This document shows positions 36,750 to 48,468 of a stretch of 64,000 bases of DNA, piece by piece. The stretch is from Naegleria gruberi (taxonomy: Eukaryota). The position numbers were made by a program, and so were the translations under genes. The notes under the pieces were generated by a model that saw only the letters and a list, made by a program, of their open reading frames with translations, was not told the origin of the DNA and did not search any database. The number at the start of each line of letters is the position of its first letter. Positions within the stretch are counted from its first letter, which is position 1. Location: the NCBI GenBank assembly GCA_000004985.1, contig GG738886.1, one strand, 5' to 3'.

Positions 36750-38183
36750 TTATTCAGAACAGTTAGTGTAATATTCTGCAATGGATGAATGTGAAATGGA
36801 TGCTACAAATTTGCCCAAACTCAAATCATAAAATTCCTTAATGGACTCATAATCTGCATCTTGTCCTAACCTGTTAATATTTGCATGTGTTATAAAGTGA
36901 TGAATCAGTGAATCCTTCTCTAGAAAACGATGTTTGATGAAATCGTGAACTCTCCTCTGAGACCAGTTAGGTATTACATTGAAATTGTAATCTTTAGAAT
37001 GAGAAATTATTTCAACATAGGGTAATTCGCTTAAAATATCCAATTCCATAAGATTGTCCATGAGTGAAAATCCTTGTAATGATAAACGAACTAGCTTTGG
37101 GAATCTCTTCCTATTTATACCACTAATAATGTTGTTCTCAATTGTTTTTACAAAATCCCAATAACTATCATCCAAAAATGTATCCATACGAATTGTCAAA
37201 TCTCTAACATTTGGAAACACCTCTTGTTCACTCAGAAAATTAGCATATAACTCAGAACCCTCATAAAAGTATGATAATCTACCAAATTGAAAGCATAAGT
37301 ATTGTACATGATCAGGTATAGCAAAATTCCTATAATTCCATTCATTTAACACTATGGATATTGCAATGTAATTCGAAGCTACTTGGTTAAACTGTGTAAA
37401 ATCTTGATCCTGATTCATATCAATCATCAGGCCAAGAGCTTTCGAATCTGAGGAATCTTTTGAAAATAATCCTTGAGAAATTAAACAGCAATTTTCATAG
37501 GTATCACCTTCATCATAATATCCACTCCATTTTTCACTGTCAAAGTATGAAATCATATTCAGAGATAGAATAAGTGCTTTGTGTAGGAACAAATCATAGG
37601 AATTGAGGTGGGTTAGTGCTGAAATCTTTTCAAATTTCTCATTAGAAACTACTAGTTTCTGCATTCTCTTTTCGAATTGCTCATTCATCTCAGGAGTATC
37701 CACTTCATTCTCAATAGTATCCAAACTCGGATAAGGATGGTACGATCTATAACACTTCGAAGGATCAATTATTTGAGCATATTCACGATTGGAATTCATC
37801 TCTGTTGCCTCAATTAACTTTTGCATTCTCACCAAAGGAATTGCTTCAGTCACAGATAAATCACCTGTTGCCAATGAACATCCCTCAAATGATTCATAAC
37901 GTTTCCAATAAATTACCAACTCCAAAACATTGGAAACTCTCCTCCAAAACTCTGACATTTCCTCCACAAACTTTTGATGAGCTTCCCGAGAGAGCAGACA
38001 AGTCAATTTATGAATGGTCCTAACTGTCGTTAAATCCATATAATTAATAATCATAGGATGGATTTGTTTTTTAAATTTCATAATATCATCATGATGATTC
38101 ATATTCACTTGATGGATAGGTCCAAGCAAGAACTCAAAAATACAACAACGCCAAATCTCTGAAGGAAGGTTGAGTAGTTTCAT
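36750..38183 (-). CDS. Hypothetical protein with an N-terminal F-box-like motif (LPSEIWRCCIFEFL)
   Basis: A 477-aa ORF with an AAAAATG-type start context at 38183. Weak F-box resemblance at the N-terminus. Otherwise unrecognised. Confidence 0.45.
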   Translation of the reverse strand: MKLLNLPSEIWRCCIFEFLLGPIHQVNMNHHDDIMKFKKQIHPMIINYMDLTTVRTIHKLTCLLSREAHQKFVEEMSEFWRRVSNVLELVIYWKRYESFEGCSLATGDLSVTEAIPLVRMQKLIEATEMNSNREYAQIIDPSKCYRSYHPYPSLDTIENEVDTPEMNEQFEKRMQKLVVSNEKFEKISALTHLNSYDLFLHKALILSLNMISYFDSEKWSGYYDEGDTYENCCLISQGLFSKDSSDSKALGLMIDMNQDQDFTQFNQVASNYIAISIVLNEWNYRNFAIPDHVQYLCFQFGRLSYFYEGSELYANFLSEQEVFPNVRDLTIRMDTFLDDSYWDFVKTIENNIISGINRKRFPKLVRLSLQGFSLMDNLMELDILSELPYVEIISHSKDYNFNVIPNWSQRRVHDFIKHRFLEKDSLIHHFITHANINRLGQDADYESIKEFYDLSLGKFVASISHSSIAEYYTNCSE

Positions 38184-38291
38184 TTTTTTTGTAATTCCAC
38201 AAGTTCATCTTCATCTTTAACTATTCCAATACTCAAATATAGTAGTAGAAAATATTTACAAGTTTATAATTTAGTGGTGCTACTGGTTCAA

Positions 38292-39703
38292 TTATGCAGA
38301 AACAGTAGTAACAAGACCAAATACTAAACTAAGGGTCAAATAAATAACAAATGTCAACCCAACACTCATGGCAAAAATAGTCCACTTGTAGATACGGTCT
38401 GAAACTTCGGTAATGGCGAAACAAGCAAATCCAATAATGAATCCACACATTAATCCTCCCAAGTGGCCAGCATAATCTACATAATCAGAGAAACTCCACA
38501 AAAGTGTAATTACAATAATAAATCCAACACTGATGCATTGCATAATCTTTGGCTGAGTTGGAATCTTCTTCCAACGAATGATAATATTAGCAACCTTGGC
38601 ACCAATCAATCCCATAATTGCTCCAGAAGCTCCAACTGAAACACTATCTGGAAGGGCAACACAGCTCAATAAATTACCTCCAACACCTGCAATAATATAA
38701 ATTGGAAGAACACGATACCACTTCCAAGTCTTTTCATAACCCATACAAATCATTACTTGAACAAATAAATTCATAAACAAGTGCAAAAATCCTGCGTGCA
38801 TTATGAGTGGAGTGAATAAACGCCAAAGTTGATATTCCTTCTTGATCTTGTAAGCAGATTTGGCTCCTAATAAGAGAAGAGTTGAACTAGATGGCCCAAT
38901 AGATGGATTAGAACTATCAATACCTCCAACAGATACCTCTACAATAAAGTAAATGATTTGTACAATGGAAATCCAAAAGCAAAATGTCTTGAGCATATTC
39001 TTGTAATCTTGCTTTCTGGTTGGTGAACAAGGTGGTCCAACAAAACAAGGACAACAACACATTAAACAGGTCTAATTCCGATTAATATTAAATAATAGTA
39101 TACAAAACTTACATGATACCATTGTGGTGTAATACCATGCAAATTATAACTCCAAAACATGTCCTCATTCATATCATATTGTTGTTGATAAGGATCTGTA
39201 GGTCTATTTTGTGATTCAACATCAACTGGTTGACCTGTTGCACTATAACTTCCACCTCCTAATAATAATAATATTAATTTCCAATATTGTTATTATTATT
39301 GTTGTATAATTTTGTATATAATTCAATTGAAAAGGGTCAAATAGAAAAACCTACCAGCAGTACTACCAGATCCTTGAGAGAACATACCACCAAGTCTAGA
39401 AAACATGCCTCCAAACATTGATCCTCCTCCAGAAGAAGAACCTCCATTATCAGCAGCTCCACCAGCATAATTAGCAGAAGAAGGTTGATAAGAAACAGCT
39501 TCTCCCGAACTTAATACTCTTCCTGATGATGATGATGCATTGTTATTGTTGTTTGAATTGGAAGAACCATTACCGAGAGATCTTCCTCCTCCAAGGCTTC
39601 TACCACCTCCACCACCGAGGGATCTTCCTCCTCCTGATGATGGATTATTGTTATTGTTATTATTATTATCGCTTGGTAAATCACGAATTGTATGAACAGG
39701 CAT
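38292..39703 (-). CDS. Rhomboid-family intramembrane serine protease with an Asn/Gly-rich cytosolic N-terminal extension. Three exons: 39703..39355, 39258..39113 and 39071..38292
   Basis: The catalytic GASGAIMG (GxSG) motif and the downstream His in AGHLGGLMCGF lie within a 6-TM core. Exon 1 ends G|GTAGGT, with a 96-bp intron and a TTATTAG acceptor. Exon 2 ends CAT|GTAAGT, with a 41-bp intron and an AATTAG acceptor. CDS length is 1275 nt, in frame. Confidence 0.65.
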
Positions 39704-40116
39704 GATGATTGAATTATATACAAAAATTATTCTACAATGGATACAAAAAAAACTAAAAAGACTCGAGAATTCGGTTAAGGTTATTAGAGTTTGATATTTT
39801 GTTTTTTAATAAAGTTGATGGTTGTTGATGGAAAAAGTTTGAGAGAAAAATTGTTGTTCTCCTCTTCCTTTGTTTTTTTTAAATTTTATTTTAGAATTAA
39901 AAACGAAGAAGGAATGTCGGGTGATGGCGCTGTTTTTGTGGGGTTGTGAGTTCGATTCTGGATGGTTGCTTCTACGATTTTTTCTAGTTTGTTTGAAGAG
40001 TTCGTGATTTGCCAGTTTGGTAATTGAGAAGTATGCAGTTTTGAACAGTGCATTGTCTAATTCAGATATTTTTCTCACGCAATTGAATTGTTCAGGTTTC
40101 GAATATCAATGGATGA

Positions 40117-41190
40117 TTAGCTGTTATTCGATTCATTCTCATTGTTGCATGCGGCATGTTGATCCTTATCATTGAGAATAAACTTCATAGACATTGGATA
40201 GAAATCATCAAAGAATGAATAGTGTCGATATTCCAAATAATTATGTGGCCACTTGTCAATACCTAATTCGTTTCGAATAGAATAAAACTTTCTCTTAATG
40301 GTCGATAAACTGCATCCTAATAAGGTACATGCTTGTTGTTGAGTTAAATGCAAAATTCTAATCATCTCATCTGTGGTAATATTCTCAACTGTTCTCTTTC
40401 TAGTAAATTTGACATTAGAATCTATTTGAACAATTGAAACTCTTTGATCTTTCGAATAATTAAAACAAGTTTCACCCTCAGAAAAGTGTTTTTCTAATAA
40501 TTCATTCATCGATTCACATGCATCCAATTCCTCATCATCCATAATCACATACGAAACTTTTGTTTGCGTTGGTTTCTCCACCTCATTCGAAACTGTTCCT
40601 TCCTTTCGTTTAAATTCATACTTTCTCTTTATCTTTTTCGATTTTTTAATTCCTGCTGTTTCTTTAAACATGTAATCCACAATAAATGTTTGATTATCTT
40701 TAGATTTCGAATCATTGACACCCTTGTTCGTTATTGGAAAGTTTACAATATTAGAAATATTGTGATTACCACTTGTGGAAGCAACTGCTACTGCTTTGAT
40801 TCCTTGTGGATGAGAATTTGTTGGTGATGAAACATTTGAATGATGAGCATTCACATGTGATGAATGTAAACAACTTCCATGCTTGTTAAATTGGTTTAAA
40901 TTATTCGAAACATCCACTTGTTGATGATACTTTACATGTGGACTAGAGACGATTGTTGTAATGGTAGAAGTGAGAGGTGAAGTGGTTGGTGGAGGAAGCA
41001 CGACAATGCTTCTTTGATGTTCAAAGTTATTCGAAAGGTTGTGGCTGGAAGTGTGTCCATGATTTGAGTTGGATACAAGTTTCGAATAGTTTTGAAGTGA
41101 ATTATTAACATGTTGTTGTTCATGTTTCGAAAAAGATATGTGTTCTTCTCCATGCTCATGTGGGGCGGTTGATATTATTCGATTCAACAT
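40117..41190 (-). CDS. RWP-RK domain protein (putative transcription factor) with a His/Ser/Asn-rich N-terminal half
   Basis: The C-terminal segment DEMIRILHLTQQQACTLLGCSLSTIKRKFYSIRNELGIDKWPH fits the RWP-RK consensus (L..A..LG...T.LK..CR..GI.RWP.RK), with KWPH in place of RWPH. Confidence 0.5.
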   Translation of the reverse strand: MLNRIISTAPHEHGEEHISFSKHEQQHVNNSLQNYSKLVSNSNHGHTSSHNLSNNFEHQRSIVVLPPPTTSPLTSTITTIVSSPHVKYHQQVDVSNNLNQFNKHGSCLHSSHVNAHHSNVSSPTNSHPQGIKAVAVASTSGNHNISNIVNFPITNKGVNDSKSKDNQTFIVDYMFKETAGIKKSKKIKRKYEFKRKEGTVSNEVEKPTQTKVSYVIMDDEELDACESMNELLEKHFSEGETCFNYSKDQRVSIVQIDSNVKFTRKRTVENITTDEMIRILHLTQQQACTLLGCSLSTIKRKFYSIRNELGIDKWPHNYLEYRHYSFFDDFYPMSMKFILNDKDQHAACNNENESNNS

Positions 41191-41959
41191 GTTTGAAACT
41201 GAAACCCAAAGTGTGGCCTTTTTTTACGTTGTTTACCTTCACTGTGTTTGATTGTCCTCGGTCTTTCATCTCTGGGTAGTGTAATCTTGTGGGAGAAACT
41301 AGACGAAAGTTGAATTATTATAATAATGGGGTCTCTTTTTTACAACTTCAGAGGACTACCTGCTTTTGGTTGTTGCTTCCATTTGGAAAGCCTTGTTTGG
41401 TGCATGTGGAGCTTTGTTTACTTGTTACGAGTTGTGCTCTGAGATGTTGCGTAACAATTGACAAACTAAACTTGACAAAATTTGCCCTTTGAGTTTTGTT
41501 TCTCTATGAAAATTGAGATAAAACCAATTAAATTGGGCAGAGAGCTGCAATTTATTGATACAATAAATTATCTAGAGTTACAACTGTTGGATTGTTTACA
41601 ATAACTTGTTCTAGACGAAAGTTTTCGAATAGTTTCTAGTAGGTTGGAAATTTGTCTTACTGTTCATTGAATCTTGTGGTTGCTGTAATTTGGAACTGTA
41701 TTGTTGTAATACAATTCTGGATTTTTTACATTTACCTAAATAAAAATTATGCAAGTCAGTTTGAAACTGTCAAATGTTATCTGTGGCAACTACTTTGCAC
41801 TTCACAAGTTAAGTAATCTAGCATACAATTTGGGTGGGTACTGAACTGTTATTTTATTTTGATATTTGATGATGGTACGTAGTTGTACGAAATCATGCGG
41901 TAACGAATTGCCTTATTCGAAATTTGGTTTCTTTACATTTTTTAAATAAACAATTACTT

Positions 41960-43360
41960 TCAAATACAATCATCTACAATTGCATTGGATATGTTGCATT
42001 CTCTAAATTCAAGTAATTTCTTTCCAAAGTTGTTATTTTTCAATGAAATGTATTTCAAATGTTTGAATTTTTCGTAATTTTCAAGGATTGAAGTGGCACC
42101 CTCTATTCCAATGAAATTAATATCCAATTCAATAATGGTCAATTGAGATAGTAATTTGGAATTGGAGAGGAGAATCATTCCCTTGTTAGAAATCTTATTG
42201 TCATTCATTTTGAGAGTTTTTAAACTTTTGAGACAGTTAATGGTTGGATTGACCAATGCTTCAATGAATTCCCAACCAAGTCTGCACTCTCTCACTGTTA
42301 AATTTTCCAAACTTTTTAAGGATTGGTTTCTAATGACGGATTTGAAAGCTTTCTCTCCAATTTTCAAACCAGACATGTCCAAAGTAATCATATTGTTGAA
42401 TTTAACTCGAGGAGAAATTGCAAAGGGTGAAAACATGTTCCAACCCATCCTTAATGATTTCAATTGTGTAAAATTCAAAGTTTCTGATAATTTAACCTCT
42501 TTCATATTATCAATTGAATATTTGAAACTTTTTTGAATATTCAAATAGGTCAAATTGCAAAGATTCGAATTTGGAGCAACAAGTAGTTCAAAATCTTGAT
42601 CTGTGAATGAGCAATCAGATGCTGAAAGGTAGGTTAAATGAGAGGCATATTTCCAATTTGCAATGGATGATAATGATACTCTTGCTTGGTCGATAATTAA
42701 TTTCTCAAGCTTTGTAACTTTGGAATTTTCACTGAAAAGTGAACTCAAATTTAAAGAGGCACATCCAGAAACATCCAAAACCTTCAAATTTCCAATTAAA
42801 TCCCTCTCCATTATTGTCAACAGGTCATGTTCAGCAAAGGTATAACTAAAATTGAGGTCAATCTTTAATTCTTCCAAATTTTTGAAAACTTGCATTGTTC
42901 CAATTCTATCAAACGGAAAATAATCATTTCGTATAATGAGTTTTTTCAAATTTTCACATTTCAATTCTTGTATTAAATACAATGGCACAATTCCATTATC
43001 TTTCACTTCCAATTCCAAATATTGTTTCGAAAATCTATTCCCACCACAACCTTTATACGATTTAAAATGATTCGAACTAATTTCTCTTAACGAAACCTTT
43101 CCCACACAATATCTAAACTGTCTACTCACCACCCCACAAACCCTCATCACAAAAACTCCCTCCAAATACTCGAAAATATTCATCACCATTTCATTCAATA
43201 AAAATTCATTATCCGATGCTAAATTAAATTCGCAATACACTTCATCATCATTTAAATAATCGAGAGAGTGATCGTGATAGAGAGGTGTTTGAGAAAGTGG
43301 TTTTTGATTGTTGTTATTGTTATTTGGAGGAGGAGATTTTTTGAATAGTTTTCTTGACAT
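41960..43360 (-). CDS. F-box/LRR-repeat protein with an N-terminal poly-Asn tract
   Basis: The F-box-like segment MVMNIFEYLEGVFVMRVCGVVSRQF is followed by many Lxx[LI]xLxxN-type leucine-rich repeats. The ORF is 466 aa. Confidence 0.55.
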   Translation of the reverse strand: MSRKLFKKSPPPNNNNNNQKPLSQTPLYHDHSLDYLNDDEVYCEFNLASDNEFLLNEMVMNIFEYLEGVFVMRVCGVVSRQFRYCVGKVSLREISSNHFKSYKGCGGNRFSKQYLELEVKDNGIVPLYLIQELKCENLKKLIIRNDYFPFDRIGTMQVFKNLEELKIDLNFSYTFAEHDLLTIMERDLIGNLKVLDVSGCASLNLSSLFSENSKVTKLEKLIIDQARVSLSSIANWKYASHLTYLSASDCSFTDQDFELLVAPNSNLCNLTYLNIQKSFKYSIDNMKEVKLSETLNFTQLKSLRMGWNMFSPFAISPRVKFNNMITLDMSGLKIGEKAFKSVIRNQSLKSLENLTVRECRLGWEFIEALVNPTINCLKSLKTLKMNDNKISNKGMILLSNSKLLSQLTIIELDINFIGIEGATSILENYEKFKHLKYISLKNNNFGKKLLEFRECNISNAIVDDCI

Positions 43361-43680
43361 TTTTTAAAGTTTAAAACTTCAAAGTTCAGAAAAAGAGTTT
43401 TGGTGGGATGCATTTCAGAGAATGTTTGATGAACCTGAATATGCATAAATTGAGATTGTGGAAGACATCAGTCAGTAATCAAAAATTAATATCACTGAAA
43501 TATTCAATTTCTGAATAGAAGATCAATACAAAGCCCCTCAATATTTAACTAGAACACCAATTGTTCTAACTTCTTCCTCTTCACTGACCGATCCATCAGT
43601 CAAACGCCAAATGTCACTGAAGATCTAATCATTCATCAACAAAAAACTCTCCCAAATTAACTCAAAACAACAAAAAAAAA

Positions 43681-44385
43681 ATGGGTCAATCAGCATCTCA
43701 ACCAAACAACATTTACGTCTCCAAGCAATTCTCCTCTCCCTTCTCACTCACAGAAAAAACTGTACAAACCTTCTCGGATTCAGTTTTTTCGGTTGCACAA
43801 TCTGCCGCCTCTTCTGGTTCTTTTTTGGAGGGAAATTTTTCATCTGCACCGTTAAAAAGAGGCGGGAGTTTTAATATTACCTCATCATCAACAAGTAGTA
43901 GTAAACAACATAGTCCAGGGAGTAGTGGAATTGGAGCAATGTATTTGGGAGGAGCAAATAGTACGGGAATTGGAGAATTATTGTATGGTGGAAGTGCTAG
44001 TGTTCATAGTAAGAGGGAGAGAAGGCGAAGTGTTTGTGCTAGAGAAGTGAGAGTTGAAAAGTATTCGATTCGTCATGAAGATTTGATTAAATCGTATTCA
44101 TTGAGAGGGTATTTTGTGATGGATAGTGCTAATGTGTTTGTGAATGATAAGTTGGTTGTGCAGTATTGTCATATATTTGGGCCAATTTCGAATAAGAGCC
44201 ATTATATGAAAAGATATGTTTCGACCCAAGTGGAAGAAACACTAAATTTGGGAAATGATTCTAAATGGGTAGGAAAGGACTTTGATTTTATTATAAAACA
44301 TGATTATAAGAGGATGATTACTGAAGAGAAACTAACCCTACCTGACAGCATTATCGTTTCAACAGTTGAAGAAATTAAGTGTTAA
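43681..44385 (+). CDS. Hypothetical protein beginning MGQSASQ (MGxxxS motif), with a Ser-rich N-terminal half
   Basis: ATG at 43681 after an A9 run. The ORF is 234 aa. No recognised domain. Confidence 0.45.
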   Translation: MGQSASQPNNIYVSKQFSSPFSLTEKTVQTFSDSVFSVAQSAASSGSFLEGNFSSAPLKRGGSFNITSSSTSSSKQHSPGSSGIGAMYLGGANSTGIGELLYGGSASVHSKRERRRSVCAREVRVEKYSIRHEDLIKSYSLRGYFVMDSANVFVNDKLVVQYCHIFGPISNKSHYMKRYVSTQVEETLNLGNDSKWVGKDFDFIIKHDYKRMITEEKLTLPDSIIVSTVEEIKC

Positions 44386-44729
44386 TTTCTGTGCCAATTT
44401 GCCAAAGATTTTCAATGAAAATTACAAAAATTCAAAACTACAGTAGTGAGCCCACCATCCAAACTCTTGAGAAACCTTCAATTCAATTCCGAATCATGCA
44501 TACCGTGGTCAATTCCGTTCAAAGAGCAATGCAAGGTGTAAAATCCCAGTATTCATTGTAATGCGCATAATCCTCAACATTTGTGCGCTTCAACAAAACA
44601 ATAAAGGCGGACACAAACTAAATCTCAACACTTTCAATTAAAACGCACGCTTTGCATTTTGATAAAACAACCAAACAAAAAAAACAAAAAATCGTTTAGC
44701 CTCAATATTTATTAAATATCTTCATCAAC

Positions 44730-45143
44730 ATGTCCACTACTACAATTGAAGTCCCACAAGCATTCGGATGGGTCTTGCTTATGGCTGTTGCTCATGCCTT
44801 TGAACTTTTTGTATTTGGAGGAGTTGTCGGAAGCTATAGAAAGAAGCACAATGTCAAGTATCCTGATGTTACTGGACCTGAGGAATTTAATCGTGCCATG
44901 AGAGTACATTACAATGCATTGGAAGGTGCTCCATTCTTCTTTGTTACCTTATTAATTTGTGGATTTTATTGGGCTGAATTAGCTGCCCTTGCTGGTTTCA
45001 TTTACATTGTTGGTAGAGCTATTTATTGTGTGGGTTATCTTAAGAGTGTTGAAGGTAGAACTACTGGAGCAATTATTTGTCATTTGGCCGAATTGATGTT
45101 GTTGATTGGTTCAATTGTTTTCATCTTTAAAATGATTGTGTAA
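44730..45143 (+). CDS. MAPEG-family membrane protein (microsomal glutathione S-transferase 3-like)
   Basis: A 137-aa protein with 3-4 TM helices. The segment RVHYNALEGAPFFFVTLLICGFYWAELAALAGFIYIVGRAIYCVGY matches MGST3 ([46 protein letters not shown]). Confidence 0.8.
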   Translation: MSTTTIEVPQAFGWVLLMAVAHAFELFVFGGVVGSYRKKHNVKYPDVTGPEEFNRAMRVHYNALEGAPFFFVTLLICGFYWAELAALAGFIYIVGRAIYCVGYLKSVEGRTTGAIICHLAELMLLIGSIVFIFKMIV

Positions 45144-45228
45144 ATATACAAGCGAGCTCAATGATAAAATTCATTTTCTTTTAAATTCGTATACTTTTGT
45201 TTATTATTAGTGGACTAAGAATTGCATT

Positions 45229-46454
45229 CTATTGGAAGTTTAATACAATGGTTAAATCACATAATCGTTTAGCTAGTCTTGTTTGTTGAAGTTTCCTTGC
45301 AAATTGGTCCAGTTTGGTATTCCTCTTTCTTGTCCGAGCAAGTAATTTCATTTCTCTTTTAGTATTTCCAATAATTTCTTCCGTTTTCATAGATTTCAGT
45401 ATTGTGAAATCCGAAAATATTGTATCATTTAATTTGTAAACTGGTGTAATATCCCAATCTCTAAACTCATCAAAATAGGGATGTAGAAGAGCTTGAGACA
45501 CTGTCATTCGATTATTTGGATTGAATTGTAAAAGGTTTTCCAATAAATCCAACTCATTACTATCCAAATAGGAGAATAAACTAGCTATCTGTCTCTTCTT
45601 TGGCTCACTTCCAATTACATTTTGAATGCAATCCTTAATCATTTCTGGTTTCGAAGAAATAAGTCCAATCTCTTCATCTGTGGGCATTCCTAAAATTTCA
45701 ATCATAGTAATGATCATATCAATAGTACTATTACTCCTTAACAATGGTTTTCGTAAAATAAGCTCAGCAAGTAGTAATCCAACACAGAACATGTCCATTT
45801 TGGCAGTGCACGAAAAATTAGTAGAAAATAACTCTTCAGGACTTCGATGAGGATTATTCCAAAGATACACTGTAACGAAAGTATCTCCTTCCCTTTGCCA
45901 ATTAAGAAACCCTTGCAGTGTAATTTCGCATTCAGTATTGACCATAATATTGAATGGCCTGATTCCTAAATGCACAATTCCATTCACATGTAAAATTCTC
46001 AATCCCACCAATAGCTGAAAAATTATATATTTTCTATGAATTAATTCCAAAGATAAACTCCTCAACACGGTATGAATATCAAAGAATTCAACATAAGTGC
46101 TCATAATAATCAGATCTTTTCCGATAACTTTCAACCTGCTTCCTAAATTCAAAGCTTTACAATCGGAATTATTTACACTCAAATTAATCATCAACATGGC
46201 ACTCCTACAAATCAGCAAATGGTAGGGATGTTCATCCTCCTCGGTTATTTCCTTCTCATCAAACAAATTACAATATTGCTTGATAAATAATTTATTCTTC
46301 CCTCTGAACCCTTTATAACATTTCAAATACTTTTTTGAGAATTATAATTCATTCCAATTCGTTTTTCCAATCATGATGAACCTACACTTTTGTCGGTTAT
46401 TTTTTCGAGTGAATGAAAGGATTTCTCCAGGTAGCTCAAGCTATCTTGATTCAT
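45229..46454 (-). CDS. MAPK/CDK-like pseudokinase with degenerate catalytic motifs. Two exons: 46454..46386 and 46329..45229
   Basis: The C-lobe is MAPK-like (ILGMPTDEEIGLISS..., NPNNRMTVSQALLHPYF). The catalytic loop reads HLGIRPFN instead of HRDLKPxN, there is no DFG, and there is no Gly-rich loop. Exon 1 (MNQDSLSYLEKSFHSLEKITDKS) ends AGT|GTAGGT. A 56-bp intron ends AAAAAG, giving a phase-0 join to YLKCYKGF... Confidence 0.5.
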
Positions 46455-46501
46455 TTTTTTTAAATTTTAAGGAATCCAGTTGAAAATTATTCTAAATAAG
46501 A

Positions 46502-48468
46502 TTATTTCATTAGAGAATCAATGCATTCTTTGAGAACTAATTTGTGGATTGGCTTTGTGAGTAGTTGATCAAAGAGTGGTGATTTCTCTATCAATACATC
46601 TCCTGTCAACGCTACAACCTTAATATCTCCTTGATGTCTATTTCTAAGAATTTTGGTTGCTTCAACTCCATCTAGAACTGGCATATTCTATAAAGAAATA
46701 TATTATTTTCTTTTAATTTAAAAGAAACTTACCAAATCTGTAATAATAAGCTTGTGCCTTCCCTTATCAAATAGTTCAATTAATTCTTTTCCGTCATTGG
46801 CAGCATCTACAGAATAACCAAGACTTTCAATAAGTTTTGTAATGACTCTCCTGTTCACAGAATTGTCATCAGCAATTAGAATTTCAGCTTTCGAGTTGCT
46901 TGCCTTATTTTGACAGCAAGTTGAAAAGAGACGAATATAATTTTCTTGAATGGCTAGTTGTCTCTTGATGGAAGGATCAATTTCGTGTAAAGATTCGCTA
47001 CTATTCTTACTTCTCTCTAATTTGCATTGTACAATTTCCAAAGGAAGAATTACAGTGAATTCTGCTCCACAATTTTCATCAGATTCCAATGTAATATCTC
47101 CTCTCATGGCTTGAACATTGTGTTTTACAGTTGAAAGTCCTAATCCACTCCTTTTTAAAGGATTAAAAAATGTTTAAGCTACATCTATACGTACCCAGGA
47201 ATGATTGACTGATTCAAATTATGTAACTGTGCAAAAGGTTCAAATATTTTGGCTTGTTTTGATTTTGGAATGCCAATTCCGTTATCTTTCACTTTGAAAA
47301 TGATATCTCTTTCAATAACTCCATTCACCTGTCGTTCATCTCCTTGGACAAAGCATTCCAAATCGATGGAATCTCCAATTTTTGATGCCTTTACGCCATT
47401 GGTCATAAGATTTGATATTACTTGATGTATTCTAGTTTGATTAGCTCTCACAAAGAGGTCTTTCGCTTGTTCATCAATTGAGACGTTCACATTGACTTGA
47501 AATTGTTTCGAATAACTCTTAATGATATTTCCCATCATTTTCACACAGTTATTCAAACTAAATATTTTGAAAAACTTGGTAGCCTCTGAAGATTTATCAT
47601 CTGACTTCTTTTCATGTTCAATTTTCACAAGTGTCAGAACATCCTCAATAAGATTGAGTAAAATTCCATCCGAGGAGGCAATTGTCTCAACTAACTCTCT
47701 TTGATATTCTGTTAGATTTGTCTCTCTCAACAATTCAACACTTCCCAAACTACTCAAACAAGGAGATCTAAACTCATGACTGATATGGCGAATAAAAACT
47801 TCCTTACTTGACAAGGCCATTTCTAACTCCTTTGCTGTTTGTTCCAATTTTGTTATTTTTGATTGGAGAGCTGAGGATGTTGACAATACATAATAGCTCA
47901 ATAAATAAATACACAAAGCAGTTGCCAAATTCTCGAATATTAACTCTATCGAATTCGAAAAGATCAAACTATGAACTATTGTTCCACAATATAAGAAAAA
48001 TGTTACAAAGAATGGAGCCAACGTATAATGCAATGAAGTCATCGTGTTTGATGACATGAGTATCAAAATATACATTGGAGAAAGGAGAGCCCGATTATCT
48101 GCCACCAAGAAGTACCTAAAACAAAACAAGAGCAATGAAACAGTCATTCTAACCTTTTCCTCTGCCTCTGTAGATCTCACAAGGCCCACTCCAAGCATGG
48201 AACGAATAAATTTTCCATTCACTATAACTCCAAATATAATACTACTCGTCATGATGATTAAATGTTGCCATCCCTTACAAAATGAATAAGCAATCAGAAG
48301 GGCATACTCCATTATTAGTACTTTTAAAATTACGTTATCCTTCATAGGAAGCGTAAGTACATGTTTAAAGAAGGGTCTTAGTCTCGGATGTAAACTATCA
48401 TATATTGCTTGATCCTCCAAATCCAAGGCAAATCCTCTCAAGGGATCCACTACTAATTTTCCCACCAT
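46502..48468 (-). CDS. Hybrid histidine kinase: N-terminal TM region, HisKA, HATPase_c, and a C-terminal receiver domain. Three exons: 48468..47195, 47150..46733 and 46687..46502
   Basis: H box ISHEFRSPC. G1 motif KVKDNGIGIP. G2 is reconstituted across intron 1 ([14 protein letters not shown]), with a GTACGT donor and a 44-bp intron. Receiver motifs ILIADDNSVNRR...[17 protein letters not shown]...LTKP are joined across a 45-bp GTAAGT intron. CDS length is 1878 nt, in frame (625 aa). Confidence 0.8.

Noticed and set aside
39925-39965. tRNA-like T-arm motif (GTGAGTTCGATTCTGGA)
   Set aside because: It resembles the T arm of the tRNA-Met at 26761, but no acceptor, D or anticodon stems can be folded around it. 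At most it is a tRNA-derived remnant.
39806-40078. A 90-aa minus-strand ORF between the rhomboid and RWP-RK genes
   Set aside because: It is a basic, low-complexity translation of AT-rich intergenic sequence with no splice or start context. It is probably non-coding, or 5'UTR of the rhomboid gene.
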